From an uncultured Mycoplasmatota bacterium (GTDB taxonomy: Bacteria; Bacillota_I; Bacilli_A; RF39; UBA660): a DNA stretch of 64,000 nt. The stretch is taken from the NCBI GenBank assembly GCA_948467605.1, contig CAOKET010000002.1, forward strand, positions 14,410-78,409, given 5' to 3'. This document shows positions 8,377-17,646 of this stretch, in pieces. The translations under genes were made by a program, and so were the position numbers. Below the pieces are notes generated by a model. It searched no databases and was not told the origin of the DNA. It saw only the letters and a list, made by a program, of their open reading frames with translations. Each line of letters begins with the position of its first letter. The stretch's first letter is position 1.

Positions 8377-10995
8377 TTATTTTATTTCAAACCTTTTTAC
8401 TAATGTAATAGATGTTCCATTCTTATCTTTTGTGTTAATTGATAGTTCGTATGTTCCTTCTTGAAGTGTGTAATTCATAATTTCAATTGAAAGATGTTTT
8501 GGAGTATCATTATCAATTGAATAAAGTAGTTTTGCAGGAAGCGAACCATTTTCAACCACTGATAATTTAACATCATCTGATGTTACCCAATCAATAGACT
8601 CATTAAAATCTATTGAAATAGACTTGTTATTGGAAACATTAAAATTAGTTATTTGAACTGTACTCTCTGGTTCAGTTGGTTTATCAGGTGATACATAATC
8701 AGGAAGTTTATAATGATCAACAAAGCCAGTACGATAGTTTCCAACTTCATCTATAAATAATGCCCAAACTCTTGTATTTTTTGTCACCTTAATTCCTGTT
8801 AAATCAATGGTAATAGTATTAGAACCAGCATTTAATGTTTGTTGTTTACTTTCTATTGCTCCAGTTAATATATCATTTGCAAAAGGTGTAGTTGAGTTAT
8901 TAGCATATATTGCGCCATTCCATTCATAAACACCATAATATACAACTCCTGGTTCATCTGAATTAAATGTAAATTCTGCAGTATTTTCATCAACTCTAGT
9001 CACATTATCTACTGCACCTGTAATTACAGGTGGGTTAAAGTGAGATACAAAGGTACCTTCTATTTTCTCATTTTCAGATATTTTAATTTTAACGGTATAC
9101 TTATTATCTTTATGTCCATAATTATCAGGAACGATTAAAATATATGTTAATCGATCTGGACTTGTAATAAAAGTTGCACCATTTGTTGTTAAGTTTTTTT
9201 CTTGTGGACATTCTATTTCAAAATCACTTAATGTTAATTCTTTTTCAGGTGCTTTATTTAATACAAAGACAAAGCGATTAATAATTTCTTCTTTTGCATA
9301 GGTTATTTGGTAACTACTTCTATTTACTTCTTTTATTTGGCTAGGTATTTCAAAAGGTCCTTTTACTTTAGCAATATTATCAAAATATCCCTCTAAAACG
9401 TAATATAAATTATATGATTTTCCTGCTTCTAAATTATCTATTGAAATTATATTGTATCCTACCTTCACAGGCTCAGATTTTCCTTTTGCCTTTAATGATT
9501 CTGCACTAATGATTTCTTTCGTTGTATTATCTTCTAGTATGTAATATATATGTCCGCCTTCATCTACACCATATAATTCTAATGTGGCTTTTTCATCAGA
9601 TATTCTTTCAACTACTACATTGTTTACAGTTGGATTTGCATAATCTGTATCAAAATCCCTGCTTATAATATTTCCATTTGGAAGAGTAATGTAAAGAGCA
9701 TAAGAATCATTTTTGTAATAAGAAGTAGTTAATGTATATGTTTTATTATCAGTTGTAGTAAGATTAAACAAAGTTATACTTTTTCCAGCATTACAAATAA
9801 CAGAAATATCATTTATAGTTAAATTAACTGGTTCGCTTAAAGTAAATGTAACGCTTCCCTGTGTATTTGAGATGGCACTTACAATTTCAATTTTGTTTTC
9901 TTTTCTAATTAAAATATTATCTATGTTTTCACCAATTGTAGGTTGGTTTGTAACATTTGTATATATCATTGTATTATTTGATTCGATTGTAGTATCAATT
10001 ATTGTTCCATTTCCTGATACTGTTGTATTTTCTCCTTGATTTTTAAAAGTTTTAATTGTATTTCCTTTATTTACTCTAATAGTACTACTTTCTTTATTTG
10101 TGAAAGTATTAATTGGTGCATTGACAATAATTGTAGCATTACTACTTGAATTTGTAAGCGTATCTATACTCCCGTTAATAGCAATTGTTCCCTGTGTATT
10201 TAAAGTAGCATTTTTTATTGGGACATTTAAAACTACTTCAGATCCAGAATTAACTTCTACATTTGTAACACTAGTTGTTCCGTTTATTTCAATATTACTA
10301 TTTATAGAAATTGATTGTACTGTACTTCCATTTTTTAAATTAACAGTTGCCCCATCTAGTGCTTTGTTCATTCCAACAGTTGCTCTAGATCTTAAAACTA
10401 GTCTTTTTGTTTGATTAGTTACATCAATTGACGCTAGGGAGGAATTTATAATATCTAATTGATAATTTCCTGGTTTTTCTAATACTAGTTTATTATTAAC
10501 TTGTATGCTGTCTAATACAATTTTTACATTTTCTTCTATATTTGAACTAACAGTAAGTGTGTTATATTTCTTATTTGATACTAGTATTTCACCATCTTTT
10601 ATCATACTATTAGTAATTATTAAATCTTCAATTTTTTCTGGTTCATTAGGTTGACCTGGTTCAGATGGTTTGGCTGGCTTTGATGGTTTTGTTTGATTTG
10701 AACCTGATTGGGTATTAGAGTTTGTACCAGTTGATGGGTTGTTTTCAACTTCTGTAGATATGTGATTTTTATCCTCGCTAGAGTCTTCTTGTGTTACATC
10801 ATTATTATCTACAGTTTGATCTTTTGAATCCGTGTTTAATTTTTCATCATTATCAATTACTGGTTTTTGATCTTGAGGTTGTTTTTGATTTTTTATATGA
10901 TGGTTATTTTTAATAATAAAAGTACAAGTGATTATAACTAGTGCACAAACAACAACAGCACAAATAGCAGTAATTATTTTTGAGTTTTTACTCAT
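8377..10995 (-). CDS. Large cell-surface protein: N-terminal membrane anchor, Pro/Ser/Thr-rich linker, beta-helix-like repeat region
   Basis: N-terminal TM (IITAICAVVVCALVIITCTFII). A low-complexity PST-rich stretch (SKPAKPSEPGQPNEPE). Long N/T/S/V-rich repetitive segments typical of right-handed beta-helix adhesins. Confidence 0.6.
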   Translation of the reverse strand: MSKNSKIITAICAVVVCALVIITCTFIIKNNHHIKNQKQPQDQKPVIDNDEKLNTDSKDQTVDNNDVTQEDSSEDKNHISTEVENNPSTGTNSNTQSGSNQTKPSKPAKPSEPGQPNEPEKIEDLIITNSMIKDGEILVSNKKYNTLTVSSNIEENVKIVLDSIQVNNKLVLEKPGNYQLDIINSSLASIDVTNQTKRLVLRSRATVGMNKALDGATVNLKNGSTVQSISINSNIEINGTTSVTNVEVNSGSEVVLNVPIKNATLNTQGTIAINGSIDTLTNSSSNATIIVNAPINTFTNKESSTIRVNKGNTIKTFKNQGENTTVSGNGTIIDTTIESNNTMIYTNVTNQPTIGENIDNILIRKENKIEIVSAISNTQGSVTFTLSEPVNLTINDISVICNAGKSITLFNLTTTDNKTYTLTTSYYKNDSYALYITLPNGNIISRDFDTDYANPTVNNVVVERISDEKATLELYGVDEGGHIYYILEDNTTKEIISAESLKAKGKSEPVKVGYNIISIDNLEAGKSYNLYYVLEGYFDNIAKVKGPFEIPSQIKEVNRSSYQITYAKEEIINRFVFVLNKAPEKELTLSDFEIECPQEKNLTTNGATFITSPDRLTYILIVPDNYGHKDNKYTVKIKISENEKIEGTFVSHFNPPVITGAVDNVTRVDENTAEFTFNSDEPGVVYYGVYEWNGAIYANNSTTPFANDILTGAIESKQQTLNAGSNTITIDLTGIKVTKNTRVWALFIDEVGNYRTGFVDHYKLPDYVSPDKPTEPESTVQITNFNVSNNKSISIDFNESIDWVTSDDVKLSVVENGSLPAKLLYSIDNDTPKHLSIEIMNYTLQEGTYELSINTKDKNGTSITLVKRFEIK

Positions 10996-11205
10996 ATTAT
11001 CACTCCTTTTCCCTATATTTTTACATATTTTTTATAATATGTCAATTACACTTTACAATTTTTTATATAAGGATTCATTACTTTAATACATTAAATTTTA
11101 TGATAGTTTATGAATTTTAGTGACAGAATTTCTATATTCTCTAGCATGTATGTTTTTACTTCAAAATTTCTTTATTAATATATTATCAACCCCATAAATC
11201 CATAT

Positions 11206-11922
11206 TTAACGATTACTTTTAAAATCAATATTAGATAACTTTGCTTGTTTAATTAAGTCTTTTGTCGATAATTTATATTGTTTTCCATCTTTTATAAAAT
11301 AAGTTCCACATTGTCTAAATTCAAAACTAACGTTTTTTCTGATACATTGTTCTCTAATATCTAAAGCCCAAGAATAGTCAAATACTCTAGCATTACAATC
11401 TGATTCTCCACCAACCACTACAAGTTCGATTGTTTCAAGATATTTTTCTATATCAATTCTTTCTAATAATGGCTGTGCTGTAATACATTTATGTTTTATT
11501 GGTAAGTCTTTAAATATAGATAATTTGTAATCTGCATTCTTCCTATTTTCGATAGTACAACATACAACTACATTATCATATCCATCTTTCCAATCATTTG
11601 GAATACATTTCATAAATCTATCAATTCTTTTTGTTAAAAATAGAAAAATACAATCTTGTCTTTCTCTTATCATATTCCAACAATCATCACGCCACTCATC
11701 TGCTTCTTCAATTAAAAAGTCAGTTGAAAAACATAAATAAACAATACCTGATTTCATTTTATAGTTGCCATTTTTTAATTTTTCTATTGGTTTTTCGAAA
11801 TCCTTTGTTTTTATAATTTCATTAGTATTTATATTTCTTTTTAAATCACCTTTATGAATATAGCAATGTAAACACCCATCACTACATTTTTTACACCCTC
11901 GCCATGGATTCCACATTGCCAT
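11206..11922 (-). CDS. DUF5131 (phage Gp37/Gp68 family) protein with a radical-SAM-like CxxxCxxC motif
   Basis: The N-terminus WNPWRGCKKCSDGCLHCY matches the family signature (WNP..GC...S.GC..CY). A GGE-like motif (VVGGESD) follows downstream. The probable start is the ATG (MAMWNPW), with RBS AGGGG 8 nt upstream. Confidence 0.6.
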   Translation of the reverse strand: MAMWNPWRGCKKCSDGCLHCYIHKGDLKRNINTNEIIKTKDFEKPIEKLKNGNYKMKSGIVYLCFSTDFLIEEADEWRDDCWNMIRERQDCIFLFLTKRIDRFMKCIPNDWKDGYDNVVVCCTIENRKNADYKLSIFKDLPIKHKCITAQPLLERIDIEKYLETIELVVVGGESDCNARVFDYSWALDIREQCIRKNVSFEFRQCGTYFIKDGKQYKLSTKDLIKQAKLSNIDFKSNR

Positions 11923-11933
11923 ATCATTCACCC

Positions 11934-12386
11934 CTAAAATCTTGATTTTTCATAATTGTAAGGAATGCTTGTTCCTACAACAACATCTTCTATCTTTTCT
12001 ATAATTAACCAATCATCCATATTACCTTGATGGTCAAAGTCTAATGGATTAATGCTTTCTACGTTATTAAATTCCACTAAACATAGACACTTTTTATGCC
12101 ATCTTTCTTTTTGTTTGTCAGTTAATTGTAATTTACTATTATTGTCTTCAATAGTTTTTATTATTTCATCTTCTGATAATTTAACAAAATTTTGAACATC
12201 TTTTACAACTGCCTTTGCTGTTATTTTTTTTGTTCCTTTTTCCATAAAATAAAGTATTTCGTCTTTAAATACTCTACTATGTGGTATTTTTCTTCCTGCT
12301 GCTCCTCTTATAATCATTGTTTTACTACCATCTAAAATCTTATTTAATTCTTTTGATTTGTCATCACAATATACTAAATGTACCAT
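11934..12386 (-). CDS. ASCH/PUA-like small beta-barrel protein, co-operonic with the DUF5131 gene
   Basis: 150 aa. GSKTMIIRG resembles the ASCH GxKxxExR motif. 11-nt gap to the downstream gene, which carries an RBS. RBS AAAGGAGA upstream. Confidence 0.4.
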   Translation of the reverse strand: MVHLVYCDDKSKELNKILDGSKTMIIRGAAGRKIPHSRVFKDEILYFMEKGTKKITAKAVVKDVQNFVKLSEDEIIKTIEDNNSKLQLTDKQKERWHKKCLCLVEFNNVESINPLDFDHQGNMDDWLIIEKIEDVVVGTSIPYNYEKSRF

Positions 12387-12408
12387 AATTTTTTCTCCTT
12401 TTTCTAAT

Positions 12409-12438
12409 TTACAAATTACTATTTTACAAATTACTATT
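12409..12438. repeat. Two perfect tandem 15-bp direct repeats TTACAAATTACTATT in the 5' region of the ASCH-DUF5131 operon
   Basis: Read directly from the sequence at 12409-12423 and 12424-12438, about 25-55 nt upstream of the ATG at 12386 on the coding strand. They overlap a -10-like TAAAAT. Confidence 0.7.
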
Positions 12439-12936
12439 CATGCAAAACTTTGTATTAAAATTATACCATAAAAAAGCAAAATCTAAATTGATTATACTCT
12501 TATTCCTCGAAAAATTTATCTATTCTAGCATCTATTATTATAGAAATCTTGTATAAGGTCATAAGTGATATATTATTTCTATCATTAGATATCTAATACA
12601 TTTTAGATGATTGACTGATACACCTAATTTTTCATCAACCTTACGCCTTTTTCATTCCTATATTTTTTGACGTTTAAATCTAAAAACACTTAAAAATGTT
12701 AAATAGAGGCATATTTTAAAAATATAAATTACCACATAGAGTATTAAAAAAGTGATAGGTATTTCGGACTATCTTCAGGGGACTGCAATATTGTAATAAA
12801 TTGCTTAAAAAGTGTAATAATTTGGCTAATTTTTGATAAGAGATCTCAACTAAAGAGAACAAAATTAAATAAAAGTATCTAATTTGTATGTAAATTGTAT
12901 CTGCCCTCTTCAGGTATATTCGGTTAAATAAGCTTA

Positions 12937-12960
12937 AACAAAAAAACATATTTCTATGTT
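12937..12960 (-). terminator. Rho-independent terminator after the R-M operon
   Basis: Hairpin AACATA-tttc-TATGTT, followed on the minus strand by a 7-U run (A-run at 12938-12944 on the plus strand). It sits 5 nt past the stop at 12965. Confidence 0.6.
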
Positions 12961-12964
12961 CAAA

Positions 12965-14158
12965 TTATAAATTATTAAAATAATCGATTATTTCCTTCTT
13001 TGAGACATCAAGTGTTATATGAACAGATATAGTGGGATTTAACTGATTTACATCTTTTCTTTTAAAAATTACATAATCATTTTCTAATATTGCTTTTTCA
13101 TATTTAACATAAAAAAATTTGTTAAATTTTACTCTTCCAGGTTCTGATGATCCACTACTATTTTTGATTTCTATATTTGGATTCATTTTTACTTTAATCA
13201 TTTCGTCTGGTAAGTATTCTGCATCAAATTCTTTCATTATCTTATTAAATAACCCATCAAGAACTAATTGTTTTCCATTTCTACCTGTCGTTCTAATTTC
13301 GCTACCACGAGTCGATACTATTCTACTTCCATCGTTTAAGTGAGCATTTAAAATATCTGGCTCCAATGCAATCAATTCATTTTCTTTTGTTGCACTTACA
13401 TAAATATCAATGTTTTTTCTAGAAAAATAACATAAAGCAGCATCAATCAATTCTTGTTCATCAAATTTATCTCTATAATTATGACCTATTTCGGAAATCA
13501 AATTTGTTTCATTATTAAATTGTTCGACAAACTTAATTAATTCTGGAGTCTTTTCTTCAAAATTATCTGTTAAAATCAATTTACCATGTTCATCATAATA
13601 TAAATCAGATTCTCCCGCTTTTGCTTCCCTCTTTTTAAATTCTAATTTGATTTTATTGTTATTAATTATTATTTCAGCATCACCTTCGGCAGGATTACCA
13701 TACTGAAAAATAAAAATATTGGGATTTCGAGTACTATAAAACAAATATCTAGCAGCAGAATATGTTTGTTGCCCAGAGTTTAAAAAGTTTCTACATTCAA
13801 CAGGAAGAGAGTTTAAAGGCGATCTATCAAAATCGATACACTTATTTAGCTTAAATATTTTAGCTAATGTTTCAATATAATTACATTCAGATAATATTGA
13901 TCTTTGTAATGATTTTCCGCTATTATATTGTTTTTCTAATTCATAATTTCCGCTTCTTATCTTTTCTATGCAACCAATTATTTCATAATTTTTTTGTAAA
14001 TATTCTTCATATTCTTCATCTATTTTATGATTTTCTTTATAAAATTTTTCAATCCTTTTAATTTCTTCATCTGTTAATACCAAATTAGAATCATTTGAAT
14101 ATATTGTATCAAGAAAAAAAGATATTGCTTCTTCTCTATTCATCATTATCATCCTCAC
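12965..14158 (-). CDS. Putative type II restriction endonuclease (cognate of the upstream methyltransferase)
   Basis: 397 aa with no recognisable family motif. The call rests on context: a 23-nt overlap with the 3' end of the MTase gene, same strand, and a terminator directly after it. Confidence 0.4.
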   Translation of the reverse strand: MRMIMMNREEAISFFLDTIYSNDSNLVLTDEEIKRIEKFYKENHKIDEEYEEYLQKNYEIIGCIEKIRSGNYELEKQYNSGKSLQRSILSECNYIETLAKIFKLNKCIDFDRSPLNSLPVECRNFLNSGQQTYSAARYLFYSTRNPNIFIFQYGNPAEGDAEIIINNNKIKLEFKKREAKAGESDLYYDEHGKLILTDNFEEKTPELIKFVEQFNNETNLISEIGHNYRDKFDEQELIDAALCYFSRKNIDIYVSATKENELIALEPDILNAHLNDGSRIVSTRGSEIRTTGRNGKQLVLDGLFNKIMKEFDAEYLPDEMIKVKMNPNIEIKNSSGSSEPGRVKFNKFFYVKYEKAILENDYVIFKRKDVNQLNPTISVHITLDVSKKEIIDYFNNL

Positions 14159-15698
14159 TTTCTACAAATAAAGAACTACTATGGACTCTATTGAAAATAT
14201 TAACATCGCTTTTTATTCCAAGGGCTTCTAAAAAAATTTTATTTATATTATTTCTATATTCAATTGGAAATTTGATGTTTTCTTGTTTTTTTCCAGCATT
14301 CATTTTATATGTTAAATATTTAGTCTCATTATTTTGCATTTCTTCTGCTATTTTATTAATTTCTTTTTTTTGTTCATTTGTTAACTTGTTAAAAAATATT
14401 GGTATACTATTAATAATTGTTAAGGGGCAATTTATTCCACCATCATATAATCTCCAATACCAATATGCAAATGTAGAATTTAGCATACAATATACATAAT
14501 TGTATTTTTCTTTATCTTCTACATGAACTACTCGTTTACCATCTCTATTTAATTCTCTCTTAGAACCTACTGTGAAATATCTACATGTTGTAGGAACAAA
14601 TATTTCATATCCATCTTTTGTACCAATTATATTTCCCATTTTTTGATCTGAGACATTTTCCCATTGATCTAAAACATTAATTAATTCATTGTGGCATTTA
14701 TAGTATGCTTTCTTTTTTGAATCGATTAATTGATATCTATCATTAATAATACTTTCTAGATATTTCTTTTTTAACATTTTAGCTCTTTCATCAGTTTTAA
14801 ATCTTATTAGTGGACTAAATCTAAAACCATTAACTCCGTCTTTATTTTCAACAACTGTTATTGCTGATCTTACAGAATTTCCTTTATTACTATTAAAAAT
14901 TCCATGCTTTCTTCCATTGAATATGTTACCTGGTACATTATCAAATGACACTACAAAACCATTGTAATTATTCATTACTTGTCTTAAACTGTAAAACTTA
15001 CCACTACCTATAAAACTATATGGAGTAATTATAACTGATTTATTGCTTTGCTTAATTATCTTTTCTATAAAACTTGAGTATAACTCTTTAGAATCAATAA
15101 CTACTTTTGTTACATCCCAATCTTCACCAATATTTAATATTTTATAATAAGGTGGATTTGAAATTACTTTAGAGTTTTTAGGTAATTTAACTTTTTTACT
15201 TAAAAAATCACAATGTTTCGCATTTATCTTGTTTAATAATTCTTTACCATATTTAATTGCAATAGTATACTTACAAATTCCAAGTGCTATTTCATCCACA
15301 TCATATAAATATAAATTACCATTAGAAATTAAATTGTAAGCCTTTTCTTTACCTATTAATTCTAAATATGCCAAGATTAAATTTCCAGCACCACAACCAA
15401 CATCGCAAACATTTTCTGCATCTAAAGGTTCTAACCACTCAGACATCAATAATGCTACATCTTTTGGAGTATAGTATTTTCCCATTTCTTTTTTATTAAT
15501 TTTATTTTCATGTTCTAATCCTATTTCATATAATTCTCCATAATTATCTATTTCAAACAGATCAGACTCAAATTCTTTTTCTAATGTCTTAGATAGTATT
15601 GAATGCCATGTTTTTTTTAGTCCTTTTTTATCGATATCATTTATATAATCTTCAATTAAATACTTTGCCATATCAATACCATCCTTTCCTATAAACAT
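14136..15698 (-). CDS. N6-adenine DNA methyltransferase, gamma class (Eco57I/TaqI-like N6_Mtase)
   Basis: GKYYTPKDVA (motif X-like), DVGCGAGNL (motif I, SAM-binding), ISNPPYYK (motif IV, NPPY). 520 aa. Confidence 0.85.
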   Translation of the reverse strand: MFIGKDGIDMAKYLIEDYINDIDKKGLKKTWHSILSKTLEKEFESDLFEIDNYGELYEIGLEHENKINKKEMGKYYTPKDVALLMSEWLEPLDAENVCDVGCGAGNLILAYLELIGKEKAYNLISNGNLYLYDVDEIALGICKYTIAIKYGKELLNKINAKHCDFLSKKVKLPKNSKVISNPPYYKILNIGEDWDVTKVVIDSKELYSSFIEKIIKQSNKSVIITPYSFIGSGKFYSLRQVMNNYNGFVVSFDNVPGNIFNGRKHGIFNSNKGNSVRSAITVVENKDGVNGFRFSPLIRFKTDERAKMLKKKYLESIINDRYQLIDSKKKAYYKCHNELINVLDQWENVSDQKMGNIIGTKDGYEIFVPTTCRYFTVGSKRELNRDGKRVVHVEDKEKYNYVYCMLNSTFAYWYWRLYDGGINCPLTIINSIPIFFNKLTNEQKKEINKIAEEMQNNETKYLTYKMNAGKKQENIKFPIEYRNNINKIFLEALGIKSDVNIFNRVHSSSLFVESEDDNDE

Positions 15699-15746
15699 TA
15701 TACCATAAATATTGGTAATAACATTAAAAAGGCAGGAATTTTCCCG

Positions 15747-16577
15747 CTAAATTAATTTAATATGTATATTATTATCTTTATCTAAATTCCATGTACATTT
15801 AGTAGGATTATACAATCCCTCATTTGTTTTTAAATTGTACTTTTTATATAATCTGCTCATTTCTTTTGAAAAATATTTTCTATCTTTACTTATTGGAACA
15901 TTTTTTAATATTTCTCCATTGAAAGTTAAATCAAAAAAATCTTTATCGCAAGAAAATTTTTCAAGTACTATTCTTGGGATTCTCAAAATTGTTGCTCTTA
16001 TATCATTCACAGAAATTTCTTTATCAACGCTTAATATAATTTCATCATTATTTGTGCGCACTATATCAATACTACTGTTTTTTTCCTTATAAAATGACTT
16101 CAATTCATTTAAGCTAAATTTTGGTTCATATACAAATCCGATATTTTTTTCAATACATAAATCTATTAATTCTTCACCATCTATTAATATAAGCTTGTAT
16201 CCTAATTTACTCTTGGCGGCTAATTCTGCTTCTTTTGTAAATCTTCCAGTTGTAATAATAATTCCAACCTCATCAGAATTAATAATGCCTAAGTGCCTTT
16301 GAATAATTTCAATTCCAATTGGAGAACCAGGTTTATATCTTTTTGCTTGAATTTTATAAATAACACTGTCTACATCATCATTTATTAAACTAGGTCTTAT
16401 AGCTTCTAAATCTATTCCTCCATCGCCTGAGGCTTTAGTTACAACAACTTCACTTAATCCTAATTTTTCAAGAAATGGTTTTAAAAATTTTTCAAACTCA
16501 TAGCCATTTTCAAACGATTTGTAAAATTGATCTAACACATGCTTTTTTTCTTCGTTATTAAGAGATACAATTGCCAT
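15747..16577 (-). CDS. Mrr-catalytic-domain restriction endonuclease with an extra C-terminal domain
   Basis: ASGDGGIDLEAI ... YKIQAKRY ... GIIITTGRFTKEA matches the Mrr_cat PD-(D/E)xK fold (D...QxK). The C-terminal ~130 aa are unassigned. Confidence 0.7.
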   Translation of the reverse strand: MAIVSLNNEEKKHVLDQFYKSFENGYEFEKFLKPFLEKLGLSEVVVTKASGDGGIDLEAIRPSLINDDVDSVIYKIQAKRYKPGSPIGIEIIQRHLGIINSDEVGIIITTGRFTKEAELAAKSKLGYKLILIDGEELIDLCIEKNIGFVYEPKFSLNELKSFYKEKNSSIDIVRTNNDEIILSVDKEISVNDIRATILRIPRIVLEKFSCDKDFFDLTFNGEILKNVPISKDRKYFSKEMSRLYKKYNLKTNEGLYNPTKCTWNLDKDNNIHIKLI

Positions 16578-16946
16578 AAAATCACCTCATCAATCAATAA
16601 ATATTATAACACAAAATAACAGTTTTACCGTAATATCTTGCTAATTTATTGCAATTAGTTACATTCATAGCTTAATTTGTATGTATTATTAAGTTTATTG
16701 TAATTTCAAAAAGTGCCTTAAAGCCTTATTTTACGGGCTTTTAAGCAAAAAAATACCCCGATCTCTCAGGTCTTCAGTGGGCTTTTATTTAATTTTAAAA
16801 CTTTTATTTTTCTTTATATTTCGTTTAATTTTCACCAATTTTGATTAAAATAAATTAAAGTATAAATATAAAAGTTTAAAATTTTGCTACCTAAATGCTA
16901 CCTGAAAATTTAAAAAATATTCTTTCATAGAAATTGTAATTTGTAA

Positions 16947-17612
16947 TTAAAATTCATTTTCCAAAATATGATTTAGAAACTCCACAATATAAATTTCCCT
17001 ACCTTTAAATAAAACTCTGTTAACATTCTGATTATTTATAAGTAAAGTACCTTTTAGCATATCATATTCTACACAACAATAATTATCTATCTTAAGTAAT
17101 TTATCTTTTAGTTTTATTTCAGGTATATTATAAATCATTGCAAGTTCACTTCCTATGTTCCTTTCTTTTGCTCTAAATAAATGTCCACAATATAAACATA
17201 AGTGAGTTCTATGTGGTGTATAGGCAAATTGCCCATTATCAGAGTGGTAGCGACCACAATGACTGCATTTTACTATTTCTAATGGTATATTATTTAGTTT
17301 AGCTAGCATTATTCCTCCAAAATCTTTATAAGTTAATAAAGAATTATCATATTCTAAAACTCCACTAAATTCATTATTATTTATTATTATTTTAGGTATA
17401 ACACTTTCTAAAACGTTTTCATATCTAATATTTATATCTTTGATTTCATTTTGCTTAATATTTAATCTATTATCGTATATTTCTTTATTACTCCAAAGAC
17501 ATTCATCAAGTTTGTTTCCCAATTTATCATAAGCAAAAGATTTATGAACAGTACAATAATATTTAGTTGTTCCTTGTCTTGATTTTCCAATATATTCTAT
17601 ATTACATTTCAT
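16947..17612 (-). CDS. Hypothetical protein with a CxxC-x19-CxxC zinc-ribbon
   Basis: 221 aa. CSHCGRYH...HRTHLCLYCGH zinc-ribbon-like pattern. No family recognised. Lies inside the defense-island block. Confidence 0.45.
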   Translation of the reverse strand: MKCNIEYIGKSRQGTTKYYCTVHKSFAYDKLGNKLDECLWSNKEIYDNRLNIKQNEIKDINIRYENVLESVIPKIIINNNEFSGVLEYDNSLLTYKDFGGIMLAKLNNIPLEIVKCSHCGRYHSDNGQFAYTPHRTHLCLYCGHLFRAKERNIGSELAMIYNIPEIKLKDKLLKIDNYCCVEYDMLKGTLLINNQNVNRVLFKGREIYIVEFLNHILENEF

Positions 17613-17646
17613 AGTTTCATCCCCTCCAAATTAGATTGAAATTTTT

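Noticed and set aside
12716-12949. 77-aa minus-strand ORF in the long spacer after the R-M operon
   Set aside because: Starts inside the R-M terminator hairpin. No RBS. Composition is like non-coding sequence. Treated as spacer.
16578-16946. Hairpin AAAGCC-ttatttta-cGGGCTTT and the nearby GCTACCT direct repeat as a discrete element
   Set aside because: The hairpin lacks a clean U-tract on either strand, and the 7-mer repeat is short enough to be chance. Best left as the promoter/terminator region between two minus-strand genes.
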